A stretch of 64,000 nt of DNA, taken from positions 13,080 through 77,079 of the IMG/VR virus record IMGVR_UViG_3300033149_006357; one strand, written 5' to 3'. Positions within the stretch are counted from its first letter, which is position 1. Every line of letters starts with the position of its first letter. The DNA comes from a virus. Under the pieces are notes generated by a model that ran no database searches, was not told the DNA's origin, and saw only the letters and a list, made by a program, of their open reading frames with translations. The position numbers and the translations under genes were made by a program. Shown piece after piece: positions 1 to 7,704 of the stretch.

Positions 1-135
1 ACCCTGGAAGAACTGGTCGAACAGGGCATCGTCCCATCCGACTACCGGGTCTTCGACAGCAACGGGAATGAAGTTGCTTCCGACGAGGAGGTGACCGGCG
101 ACCTGGTTGCCGCGCCCGTTACCAAGAACGCCTAA
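1..135 (+). CDS. C-terminal part of a small ubiquitin-like (beta-grasp) protein, 5'-truncated by the window edge
   Basis: Not in the ORF track. Frame 1 reads TLEELVEQGIVPSDYRVFDSNGNEVASDEEVTGDLVAAPVTKNA*. The helix, strand, 'NG', 'GD'+strand, short-tail pattern fits a beta-grasp C-half, and it lies directly upstream of the E2, JAB and E1 genes. Confidence 0.6.
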   Translation, partial: TLEELVEQGIVPSDYRVFDSNGNEVASDEEVTGDLVAAPVTKNA

Positions 136-141
136 GTAAGC

Positions 142-167
142 AGGGCGGGTCAATGGCGACCCGCCCT
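142..167 (+). promoter_or_regulatory. GC-rich stem-loop between the Ubl and E2-like genes
   Basis: Perfect 10-bp inverted repeat AGGGCGGGTC-aatggc-GACCCGCCCT with no U-tract. Confidence 0.55.
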
Positions 168-182
168 CATCGAGGTATTATC

Positions 183-806
183 ATGTATGCACTTGCAGAT
201 TCTGAATCTACCCTGGAGGCGATGGTAAGCGGTGAATGGGAAGATAAGGGGGTGTTCTTTGTCGCCAACGTCTTCCCAGAAGACCCAGACGGGCATGTGC
301 ATCAGCACATTATGGGCATCGCCCTGGGCGCTAAGTTTTTGTTCTCCCAATGGTGTTATCGAGAGCAGCACCCGCACCGCGCGAGCGACCGGTGCTTGTG
401 CATCGGTTCAGGGGCGACTCACGCGCGACTTCTTATCGATCGCGGTCACCTCACGCAGGCAATCGCGCTTGTCATCCGGCACCTCAACGAGGTGAACCTG
501 GAAGATTGCTACAATCCCTACGATGAGTTCAGCCCGTGCTCGAATTGCGGCTTGTATACGTCCACGCCGCACAAATGCAATGGATGCGGGGATTACTTTT
601 GTGACAATTGCATGGAAGGCGACTATTGCCTGACATGCATAGAATATGTCTGCCCGGAATGCGGGATATACGATCCGAACACGTGCATATTGTGCGGCCA
701 AACGCACTGCACATGCGGATACAGCGAGTGCGTGTGCTCGGCCCGTTTTCCGGATTACGAAATGATGGTGGAGGTCTTGAAAGATCATGGCATTGAGATA
801 CATTGA
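183..806 (+). CDS. E2-like (UBC-fold) conjugating enzyme fused to a Cys-rich Zn-binding region
   Basis: HPH-x(5)-CLCIG resembles the E2 HPN...CL motif and is followed by helices. The C-terminus has 6 CxxC and 2 CxC motifs. Start moved to ATG183 because GAGGT lies upstream and ATG153 sits inside the hairpin. Confidence 0.6.
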   Translation: MYALADSESTLEAMVSGEWEDKGVFFVANVFPEDPDGHVHQHIMGIALGAKFLFSQWCYREQHPHRASDRCLCIGSGATHARLLIDRGHLTQAIALVIRHLNEVNLEDCYNPYDEFSPCSNCGLYTSTPHKCNGCGDYFCDNCMEGDYCLTCIEYVCPECGIYDPNTCILCGQTHCTCGYSECVCSARFPDYEMMVEVLKDHGIEIH

Positions 807-1443
807 GGAAGCAGCGCCGACAAAATTGATCGTCACCGATAATGTAGCACACAAGATCGCGGTGCTCATGGCATCCGAGCCGAACGTGGAAATCGGCGGC
901 GCTGGATACGTGGAAGGCAACGAATGGACGCGCATCTGGTGCGGTACTACAGAGGCCAGCGTCGGCGAACACGAGATGTCCGCCGAGTCATTGGCCAACA
1001 TCACGATGGAAGCCCTGAAGGCCGGATTGAAGCCCGCAGGGCTCAGATTGTACTGGCATACACATGGCGTCCATGGATTTGCCCCATCGTTTTCGCAGGT
1101 GGATTGGGACACAATCTATAAGCAAGCATCCCACGGGCTAAGGATCGTCAACGTCGTGTTTGGGGGTCTCACCAAATATGATGCGGTCGAGGCATGGAAA
1201 ATCACGCCCGCAAGATATGTGGTGCGCAATGTAGAACTAGAATGGAGGCTGAGAGATGATAAGGGTTATTGGGATTGGGCATCTCGGTTCCTGGACGGCA
1301 CTGGCATTAGAAAGAAGAGGATGCCAGGTGTCAGTCTGGGATATGGACACGGTGGAGCCGCGCAATCTCCCGGTGTCCCCGTACACAAAGGACCAGGTTG
1401 GCCTTTTGAAGATAGAGGCGATTGGTCAGCTTGGGACCTTTGA
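787..1443 (+). CDS. JAB/MPN+ (JAMM) metallopeptidase
   Basis: N-terminal catalytic E (NVEIGG) and WHTH...FSQVD, matching the JAMM HxH...SxxD motif. Confidence 0.8.
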   Translation: MALRYIEEAAPTKLIVTDNVAHKIAVLMASEPNVEIGGAGYVEGNEWTRIWCGTTEASVGEHEMSAESLANITMEALKAGLKPAGLRLYWHTHGVHGFAPSFSQVDWDTIYKQASHGLRIVNVVFGGLTKYDAVEAWKITPARYVVRNVELEWRLRDDKGYWDWASRFLDGTGIRKKRMPGVSLGYGHGGAAQSPGVPVHKGPGWPFEDRGDWSAWDL

Positions 1444-1795
1444 GACCAATGGGATGTGGATGGGAAACCCGCTGGACGGGATCGTGATATGCGCCGTCGA
1501 TAACAACACGACCAGACAGCGCATCCGGGAGGCCACGGATGGGATCTTCATCGACGTGAGGTCTGCAGGAAAGTTTTGCGAGGTCTTCTGTCTGGATGGA
1601 TCCCCAGAAAAAGAGGCCAGATGGGATGCGTCATTCAGTGGCGTAATGGCGAGCGACGGGTGCGGGTCGTTCGCGTCTTCTGGCCTGTGGGTCGCATCCG
1701 TTGTGGCGGACATGATAGACGACATCCAGGAAGGGAAAAGTGTACCCGCCCATATCATGAGAACAGGATACGGAGTGATCCAATGGAAGCCTTGA
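1256..1795 (+). CDS. ThiF/MoeB/E1-family adenylyltransferase
   Basis: VIGIGHLGS (GxGxxG), DMDTVEPRNL, conserved K, AVDNxxxR, candidate catalytic Cys in DGC. GGAGG RBS at 1244-1248. Confidence 0.9.
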   Translation: MIRVIGIGHLGSWTALALERRGCQVSVWDMDTVEPRNLPVSPYTKDQVGLLKIEAIGQLGTFETNGMWMGNPLDGIVICAVDNNTTRQRIREATDGIFIDVRSAGKFCEVFCLDGSPEKEARWDASFSGVMASDGCGSFASSGLWVASVVADMIDDIQEGKSVPAHIMRTGYGVIQWKP

Positions 1796-1866
1796 TCATA
1801 CTGATCGGAATTGGAGTGTGGATTATCGGGTTGGCGATCATACACGAGGTGTTCGATGAACGTTAG
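1783..1866 (+). CDS. small single-TM protein
   Basis: MEALIILIGIGVWIIGLAIIHEVFDER, with a GGAG RBS; overlaps the E1 stop. Confidence 0.5.
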   Translation: MEALIILIGIGVWIIGLAIIHEVFDER

Positions 1867-2107
1867 AATCGCTTTCATGGAGAAGGAAAGCGCCGTCGAA
1901 TTCGGTCCGGATGACGAGATTGACAGATCGCAGATCCGGGTACACGCGTCCATATTTCTCGGACATCTGAGCAGTCTCGACATCCCGCGCAAGTTTCACG
2001 GGTCGTTTCGGCTTCAGGAATGGAAGGACCACTTCCAGGAAAGAGCCGGATACGACCCATATCCCGATGCCGACGGCGACGAGATGTGCTTTTTCGCTCT
2101 GACATAG
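1856..2107 (+). CDS. hypothetical protein
   Basis: Coupled ORF with a GAGGT RBS. Confidence 0.55.
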   Translation: MNVRIAFMEKESAVEFGPDDEIDRSQIRVHASIFLGHLSSLDIPRKFHGSFRLQEWKDHFQERAGYDPYPDADGDEMCFFALT

Positions 2108-2115
2108 GAGGCAGG

Positions 2116-2337
2116 ATGTACAGGCCATTGATTGTGCTCGATCGTGGCAAGCTGATTGCATACGACATCCGCGATGGGAAAAAGGTCGTCCCGGTGCCGG
2201 AGCAGATGCAGTGGATGAAATTGCTATGCTTTCCCAAAGCATTCTGTCCCGCGCACCTGGATTGGGACGGAGACCTACCGAGGGCGGTGTGGGTTATCAG
2301 TGAGCTTCACGGTCTCGGAAGAAGGCTGTGTAGATGA
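2116..2337 (+). CDS. hypothetical protein
   Basis: AGGAGG RBS before ATG2116. Confidence 0.6.
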   Translation: MYRPLIVLDRGKLIAYDIRDGKKVVPVPEQMQWMKLLCFPKAFCPAHLDWDGDLPRAVWVISELHGLGRRLCR

Positions 2338-2528
2338 ACACGTTTATCGTAGATGGAAAGGAGTACGGGGTCAAGGATGGAAAGTGTGTTCACGGAGAAG
2401 GGGACGAGATACAATCCGTGAGACACACCGGATACGGGATGTTCATTCTTGTGAACAACGCATGGTATCAAGTGCTCAGATATTATAACGGGATAGCATG
2501 CAAAAGAGTGGATTCAAAACGCAACTGA
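2334..2528 (+). CDS. hypothetical protein
   Basis: ATGA overlap with the preceding gene; ends just before a terminator. Confidence 0.6.
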   Translation: MNTFIVDGKEYGVKDGKCVHGEGDEIQSVRHTGYGMFILVNNAWYQVLRYYNGIACKRVDSKRN

Positions 2529-2532
2529 CCAG

Positions 2533-2563
2533 GATGGGGGCGATTCGCCCCCATCATTTTTTT
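2533..2563 (+). terminator. intrinsic terminator
   Basis: GATGGGGGCG-att-CGCCCCCATC followed by A and T7. Confidence 0.85.
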
Positions 2564-2612
2564 ATCGTCCATGCAAACCGGACGCAGAAACGCAGACTAT
2601 CGGAGATGTAAG

Positions 2613-3668
2613 ATGATATTGGTAACAGGAGACTGGCACATCAGGGACAAAGAAGGGCTGGATGCACTTGACCGAGTTATCCAAGTGGCGTATAATAGAC
2701 GGCCCGACCTGGTTGCGGTATGTGGGGATGTGTTCCACTCATCGCGGCCGGGCAGCGAGATGGAGAAAGAGGTAGCCAGGCGATTGAAAGAGCTGTCGAA
2801 AATGTGCCCCGTGGTTGGCGTGAGCGGCAACCATGATTCTACATCGAGAGCCGCCGCGACGGACACGATGGATATCCTCTCGCCCTCCATATCCATCGCA
2901 TCGGCCCCGAGGATAGTACAGGCCAGGGGATACTATATCGTCTGCATCCCCTGGCTGAGACCGAATCAAATCCTCGCAAACGAGCCCCGCCTGCAGCGCA
3001 ACGCTGCAAACGCAAAGCTTGCATCTACTGTCGAGGCTATGGTAACAGGATATCTCACGGATGCCCCGGATGGCGCAGTAAAAGTGCTCATAGCACATTG
3101 TACCACCCTCGGAGCGGATTATGGCGGGTACATCCCGACATCCCTTGGCGGGGAGCTGATCTGGAACACAGATTGGTTCTCCGGCTACGATGTCGTTTGT
3201 CTCGGACACATCCACAAAGCACAGATCGTAGCGCCAAATGCCGCGTACTGCGGCAGCACCTATCGCAATACCATCGCCGAGAGGGATGTGCCAAAAGGCG
3301 TCTACATATGGGATGGCAAGTGGGAATGGGAGCCGATCTGGGCGCGCCCGATGTACCTGGTAGAAGGGACGCCAGATGAGGTCGAGATTCAGGTCGCTAC
3401 GCTACCAGATGGCGCAGACGTGCAGGTCAGGGTACAACTGCAGCCACATGACGACTGGTACGGGATGGATGGGTCCAGGTTCCACAAGTTCCAGGTTCAC
3501 CAGGTCATCGAGCGGGAGGGCCGGCCGTTCGCGCAAGATCCCTGGCAATCGATGAGCGTGCCAGAGGCGCTGAGGAGGTACTTTGAGATCATCGGAAAGG
3601 AGGAAAGCGAGATCGACCTACTTATGTCCGCATTCGCAAAACTGGAGGAGTCCAAAAATGGACAATAA
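2613..3668 (+). CDS. sbcD: Mre11/SbcD-like metallophosphoesterase nuclease
   Basis: GDWH, GDVFH, GNHD, AH and LGHIH motifs, YCGS...E...KG, and an SbcD-like C-terminal region. Confidence 0.85.
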   Translation: MILVTGDWHIRDKEGLDALDRVIQVAYNRRPDLVAVCGDVFHSSRPGSEMEKEVARRLKELSKMCPVVGVSGNHDSTSRAAATDTMDILSPSISIASAPRIVQARGYYIVCIPWLRPNQILANEPRLQRNAANAKLASTVEAMVTGYLTDAPDGAVKVLIAHCTTLGADYGGYIPTSLGGELIWNTDWFSGYDVVCLGHIHKAQIVAPNAAYCGSTYRNTIAERDVPKGVYIWDGKWEWEPIWARPMYLVEGTPDEVEIQVATLPDGADVQVRVQLQPHDDWYGMDGSRFHKFQVHQVIEREGRPFAQDPWQSMSVPEALRRYFEIIGKEESEIDLLMSAFAKLEESKNGQ

Positions 3669-4131
3669 AAAGACATGTCCCGTATGTGGGTATCGGGGAT
3701 ACAAACGACATCGCGGGAAATATTGTCCCGAATGTGGCGCCCGGTTGTACATCTACAAGCCGAAAAAGAAAGACAAGCCTTCCGTGTGGGTGGCCGAGGA
3801 GAAAAATCTGGGCGAACTTGTGGATGCGCTGGAAAGATACATCGCATCGGAATACGTTATCCCAAGATTCAGGTTTTCAAATCGCCTGCCAGAACTCGCG
3901 ATGGCACGCACGCTGTACGAAAAGTGCAATTTCAATCAGAGCCTGGCCCTGCTTGTCATACGCAGGTACTTCACAACAAGCAGGAAGATAATATGGTATA
4001 GACCCAAGTCGATGGCGCAAGTCCTGTGGGATAACTCGCAGGGCGGGTGCTTCAGCACCGCGCTATCGCTGGCAAAAATGGATCACGCAAACGTGATCCA
4101 GAATCTAGAACAAGTAAAGGAGATGATATGA
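3658..4131 (+). CDS. Zn-ribbon protein
   Basis: CPVC...CPEC motifs; GGAGG RBS. Confidence 0.65.
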   Translation: MDNKKTCPVCGYRGYKRHRGKYCPECGARLYIYKPKKKDKPSVWVAEEKNLGELVDALERYIASEYVIPRFRFSNRLPELAMARTLYEKCNFNQSLALLVIRRYFTTSRKIIWYRPKSMAQVLWDNSQGGCFSTALSLAKMDHANVIQNLEQVKEMI

Positions 4132-5165
4132 TCAGGGTAGACGGATCGGATTTCAAAACGATCCTGAAGGCCGCAATCGCCGGCCTGAGCAGGCGCGCCG
4201 CCGGCGACGCATCCAAGGTCAGGCTGAGAGCGACGGACGACATCATCGAGGCAAATGGCATGGACTACGAGCTCTACATCAAGGCAAGGGCGATGTGCCG
4301 GACGCCCGGGGATTCGTTGAACATACTTGTGCCGCCGGAGATCGTATACACGATCGGCGATGGCGAGACAACGCTGATGCTGGATGACACGACGCTCATC
4401 GTACAAAGCAATGGTACGGCAAGGTTCCCGACGGAAGCGCCGACAGACTACCCGGCCATCGAGGGCATCATCGGGCAGAACATCCCGCTTTCAAAGCAAG
4501 ACCTCAAGCCGCTTATCGCGGCGGCAAAAACCAACTCCGGGATGCTGAGGGACAGATGCATCCATATCCGGTCGAAAGACGAAATGGTATACTTTGGCAC
4601 GACATACTCAGCCGTAAGGTTTTGCATCGTTCAAAAAGAGTACAATAGCAATGTCCCCATATCGGCGATGTGCGAGATCGCTCTGATCAACAGGGCGATG
4701 GCGGCCATAAATGGCAACGTCGTCCTATCGGATGACGCATGCGCCGTTGTCTCGGACAGGGGGCTTGCCAGGTTTCCGACAAGCGACACGTCATCGATCA
4801 TGCTGACAGAGAATGTGGCGGGCCTCCAACCGCAGTTTTACTGGTCTGCGCCGGATGACATGATCGACGCCCTGCAGATCGCGCACGAGATCGGAGCCCA
4901 AATCGCAGAGTTCTCGTACAAGGCCGGACAAGTCGAAATGGTATGCAGCGGGAATACATCGTATCACAGGGCGTTTCCGGCACAATCCGACGAGCCATTC
5001 GAGGGCATGGTCAGCGTAAACGACCTGCTCATAGCCGTAAAACACGTCGGCGTAGACAAAATCGGCATGATCCCCAACACTTCCACGGAAGACACATTGT
5101 ACAACTGGAAGATCGGAGGGGATGACACATTTTTCTTGTTGTTACCTTTCAGGAGGAAAGCATGA
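4128..5165 (+). CDS. dnaN: divergent DNA polymerase III beta sliding clamp-like protein
   Basis: About 345 aa, N-terminal 'F..ILKAA', linker FPTEAPTDYPAI (cf. DFP/DYP), C-terminal FLLLPFR (cf. YLIMPMR). Confidence 0.65.
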   Translation: MIRVDGSDFKTILKAAIAGLSRRAAGDASKVRLRATDDIIEANGMDYELYIKARAMCRTPGDSLNILVPPEIVYTIGDGETTLMLDDTTLIVQSNGTARFPTEAPTDYPAIEGIIGQNIPLSKQDLKPLIAAAKTNSGMLRDRCIHIRSKDEMVYFGTTYSAVRFCIVQKEYNSNVPISAMCEIALINRAMAAINGNVVLSDDACAVVSDRGLARFPTSDTSSIMLTENVAGLQPQFYWSAPDDMIDALQIAHEIGAQIAEFSYKAGQVEMVCSGNTSYHRAFPAQSDEPFEGMVSVNDLLIAVKHVGVDKIGMIPNTSTEDTLYNWKIGGDDTFFLLLPFRRKA

Positions 5166-6253
5166 GCACAGAAGGAAGAATCGTATCGCGTTCGCCAGTG
5201 CACGTCATCAGCCAGAATGACGTGTGGATCAACACCGATCCGGCAGCCGGTGAGGTGTACGAGATCGAGCGACGAAAGATCAATAGCAGGTGGGTTCCAG
5301 TATACGCATTGTCAAAGCTCGCCCTTGACAAGCTTCTGGTGGCCGCCGGCATCAAGCAGAAAGAATCCGTGGTCGAAGAGCTCCGGCCAAACGTATGGAA
5401 GGCAAAGTTCGTCGGCGAATGGGAACAACCGGACGGCACGCAAATCGAGCTCGAGGCCACAAAGGTGATCGATCTGACCATCGGCGGGCCAAGATACACG
5501 GAGAGATACCAAAAAGAGGTCGACAACCTGCTATCGAAATACGCCGCAGATCGCGGCATCAACAGAAGGCAAGACGAAACGCGCGATCAATGGTTCGGGC
5601 GCGTCCGGTATCACCTGCACAAGCAGGATCCGGACATCCTGGACGAGATAGACTTTATCGCAGCCGAGGTCGCAAAACGCACCACGCAAAAGGCTGCCCA
5701 GTTCGGAGCCGAGCTCGCCGAGACCGGGGCGATCAACAGGGCCATCCGGACACTGCTCCAGATCGGGACATATACCAAAGAGTACCTGGATAACAACCCG
5801 ATTACCGTTTACCGATCCCAGATCGACTGGGAAGCGGCGAGAAACCTGCTCGGAGAGGAATACACAAAGTCCGTTATCGCGGGGATGGTGCAGCAAAACC
5901 TCGGCGTCGATAGCGTAGAGATGCTGTCCCTCGATGCGCCAGAAGAGGAAGAACCATCCATCTGGGAGGCCACCATCCAGAAGGAGCAGGAACTGTCGAT
6001 CAAGGCATACTATGCAGACAGGGACGATAAAGACCCGGACGAGATGACGCAAGCCCTGTTTGGCAAAAACGTGTCGGAGCTCACGGACGGGGAAGCGCGA
6101 CTGACGCTGCTTGCCCTGGATGAGCTGGAACACGATGCGTCTTCTGGGGGCGACAGGGTAGAGTTTTTCAATCATTTAAGGGGGGTTATTCGCAAATGCG
6201 CAGGCGAAAGAAGGATCCCGGATAAGGAAGAACTATGGCAAATGAACTTCTAA
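5162..6253 (+). CDS. hypothetical protein, possible ssDNA-annealing/recombination protein
   Basis: AETGAINRAIR...YTKEYL resembles the helix of Rad52-like annealases; acidic C-terminal region; recombination-gene context. Confidence 0.45.
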   Translation: MSTEGRIVSRSPVHVISQNDVWINTDPAAGEVYEIERRKINSRWVPVYALSKLALDKLLVAAGIKQKESVVEELRPNVWKAKFVGEWEQPDGTQIELEATKVIDLTIGGPRYTERYQKEVDNLLSKYAADRGINRRQDETRDQWFGRVRYHLHKQDPDILDEIDFIAAEVAKRTTQKAAQFGAELAETGAINRAIRTLLQIGTYTKEYLDNNPITVYRSQIDWEAARNLLGEEYTKSVIAGMVQQNLGVDSVEMLSLDAPEEEEPSIWEATIQKEQELSIKAYYADRDDKDPDEMTQALFGKNVSELTDGEARLTLLALDELEHDASSGGDRVEFFNHLRGVIRKCAGERRIPDKEELWQMNF

Positions 6254-6882
6254 CGAAACAAGATCAACTTGAAAGGTTTAGAAGGCTGGACAGGGAGGCA
6301 TCCGAAATGCTATCCCTGTCAAAACTCACGATGACAAAAGCCATCCTCGACCTCAACGCCATCCGCGAGGAAGCCCTGTTCCTTGCGGCCGAGTATAACA
6401 CGTTTGAGGAATACCTACACGATTTCACGGACTACAACGGCGTAAGCAGGGCGATGATCTTCAATCACCTCGCCACGGTCAGACTGGCGCTCGCATCTGG
6501 CATGACAGAGAATGAAATTATACAGTATGGTATTTATACCCTCAAACCGTTTTACGAAACGGGCGCTGGCAAACCGATCCAGGAATACGATCGGTGGACT
6601 GGCGAGATCAAAAAGATCGACGATCGCCTGAACGTAGACAGCGATTATGGGGATTACGTGCGTGAGCACATCTCTCCCGGAGACCCGCCCGCCGTGGCGC
6701 GTGCTATCGTCCGCCAAAAGATGGCACCGGCAAGATACTCATTCTTTCCGGTGTTTTCTGGGGAAAAAGTTACAGATGTAGAGTGGTATCTCGAAAGCGG
6801 CGATAAAACTCTTGGACACGGGCTCATGAGAGACATGGGCGGAGATGTCCTCAAAGAGTTTGTGCGGAGACTGGGGAAATGA
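6235..6882 (+). CDS. hypothetical protein (YNTFEEY helical motif, possibly DNA-binding)
   Basis: Coupled ORF within the operon. Confidence 0.6.
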   Translation: MANELLTKQDQLERFRRLDREASEMLSLSKLTMTKAILDLNAIREEALFLAAEYNTFEEYLHDFTDYNGVSRAMIFNHLATVRLALASGMTENEIIQYGIYTLKPFYETGAGKPIQEYDRWTGEIKKIDDRLNVDSDYGDYVREHISPGDPPAVARAIVRQKMAPARYSFFPVFSGEKVTDVEWYLESGDKTLGHGLMRDMGGDVLKEFVRRLGK

Positions 6883-7673
6883 TTTACCAGATGGATTGCA
6901 AGGATTATTTTGCCAGGCTCTGCGACGTGGATATCATCATCACGGATCCGCCATACAACCTGTCTACAGATGGCGCTAACTTTGACCTGCGCGGCAGAAA
7001 GCCCATCCAAAGGGACTTTGGGGATTGGGACAAGATGTACGACCCAGGGCCATTCATCGACATGGCGGCAAAGTCCCTGGCGGATGGGGGGTGGTTGATA
7101 ATCTGGACGGGGGATCGGTTGTTTGGGAGATACCATGCACTGATCAAAGATCACCCAGATCTAAGCTATCGCACAACGCTCACATGGTGCAAGACAAACC
7201 CCGCCCCAAATGTAAGGCGCAGAAACTGGACGTATGCCTTTGAATGGGTCGCCGTCGCATCAAAGGGGAAACCAAACACGTTTCATTTCCTGTCAGATGC
7301 AGAAATGAAAAACTATATCGTTGGCACGACATGCAGTCATCACGAACGCGTGCATTGGCACAGCGTAGACGGGGAAATCGCGCTGTGCCAGAAAGGGTGT
7401 CACATCTGTAAGACCGGGGGCATCCAGACCAGAAAGGCCCACCCCACGCAAAAACCAATGTACGTGTGGGAATGGATACTGCGCGTCATATCCGATCCCG
7501 GACAGACTGCGTATGATCCATACGCCGGCGTTGGGTCCAGCGGTGCCGCTGCGGAAAAATACGGATTGGAATGGGTTGGCACGGAGATCAATCCGGAATA
7601 CGCTACCGTTGGGAACCTCTGGCTATCCAACATACAGCCTAGGACAGAGTACGCGCAAATCTCCTTGTTCTAA
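6879..7673 (+). CDS. DNA methyltransferase, N6A/N4C beta class
   Basis: TDPPY, HPTQKP and DPYAGVGS in beta-class order. Confidence 0.92.
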   Translation: MIYQMDCKDYFARLCDVDIIITDPPYNLSTDGANFDLRGRKPIQRDFGDWDKMYDPGPFIDMAAKSLADGGWLIIWTGDRLFGRYHALIKDHPDLSYRTTLTWCKTNPAPNVRRRNWTYAFEWVAVASKGKPNTFHFLSDAEMKNYIVGTTCSHHERVHWHSVDGEIALCQKGCHICKTGGIQTRKAHPTQKPMYVWEWILRVISDPGQTAYDPYAGVGSSGAAAEKYGLEWVGTEINPEYATVGNLWLSNIQPRTEYAQISLF

Positions 7674-7674
7674 G

Positions 7675-7704
7675 ATACGGGGGAGGTCTAGGCCTCCCCC
7701 GTAT
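7675..7704. terminator. stem-loop at the convergence of the + and - gene blocks
   Basis: ATACGGGGGAGG...CCTCCCCCGTAT, a 12-bp perfect stem between convergent stops. Confidence 0.65.

Noticed and set aside
787-1795. ThiF/JAB as a thiamine, molybdopterin or cysteine sulfur-relay pathway
   Set aside because: No ThiG, MoaE, cysteine synthase or rhodanese gene nearby, an E2-like gene is present, and the Ubl lacks GG. Disfavoured rather than excluded.
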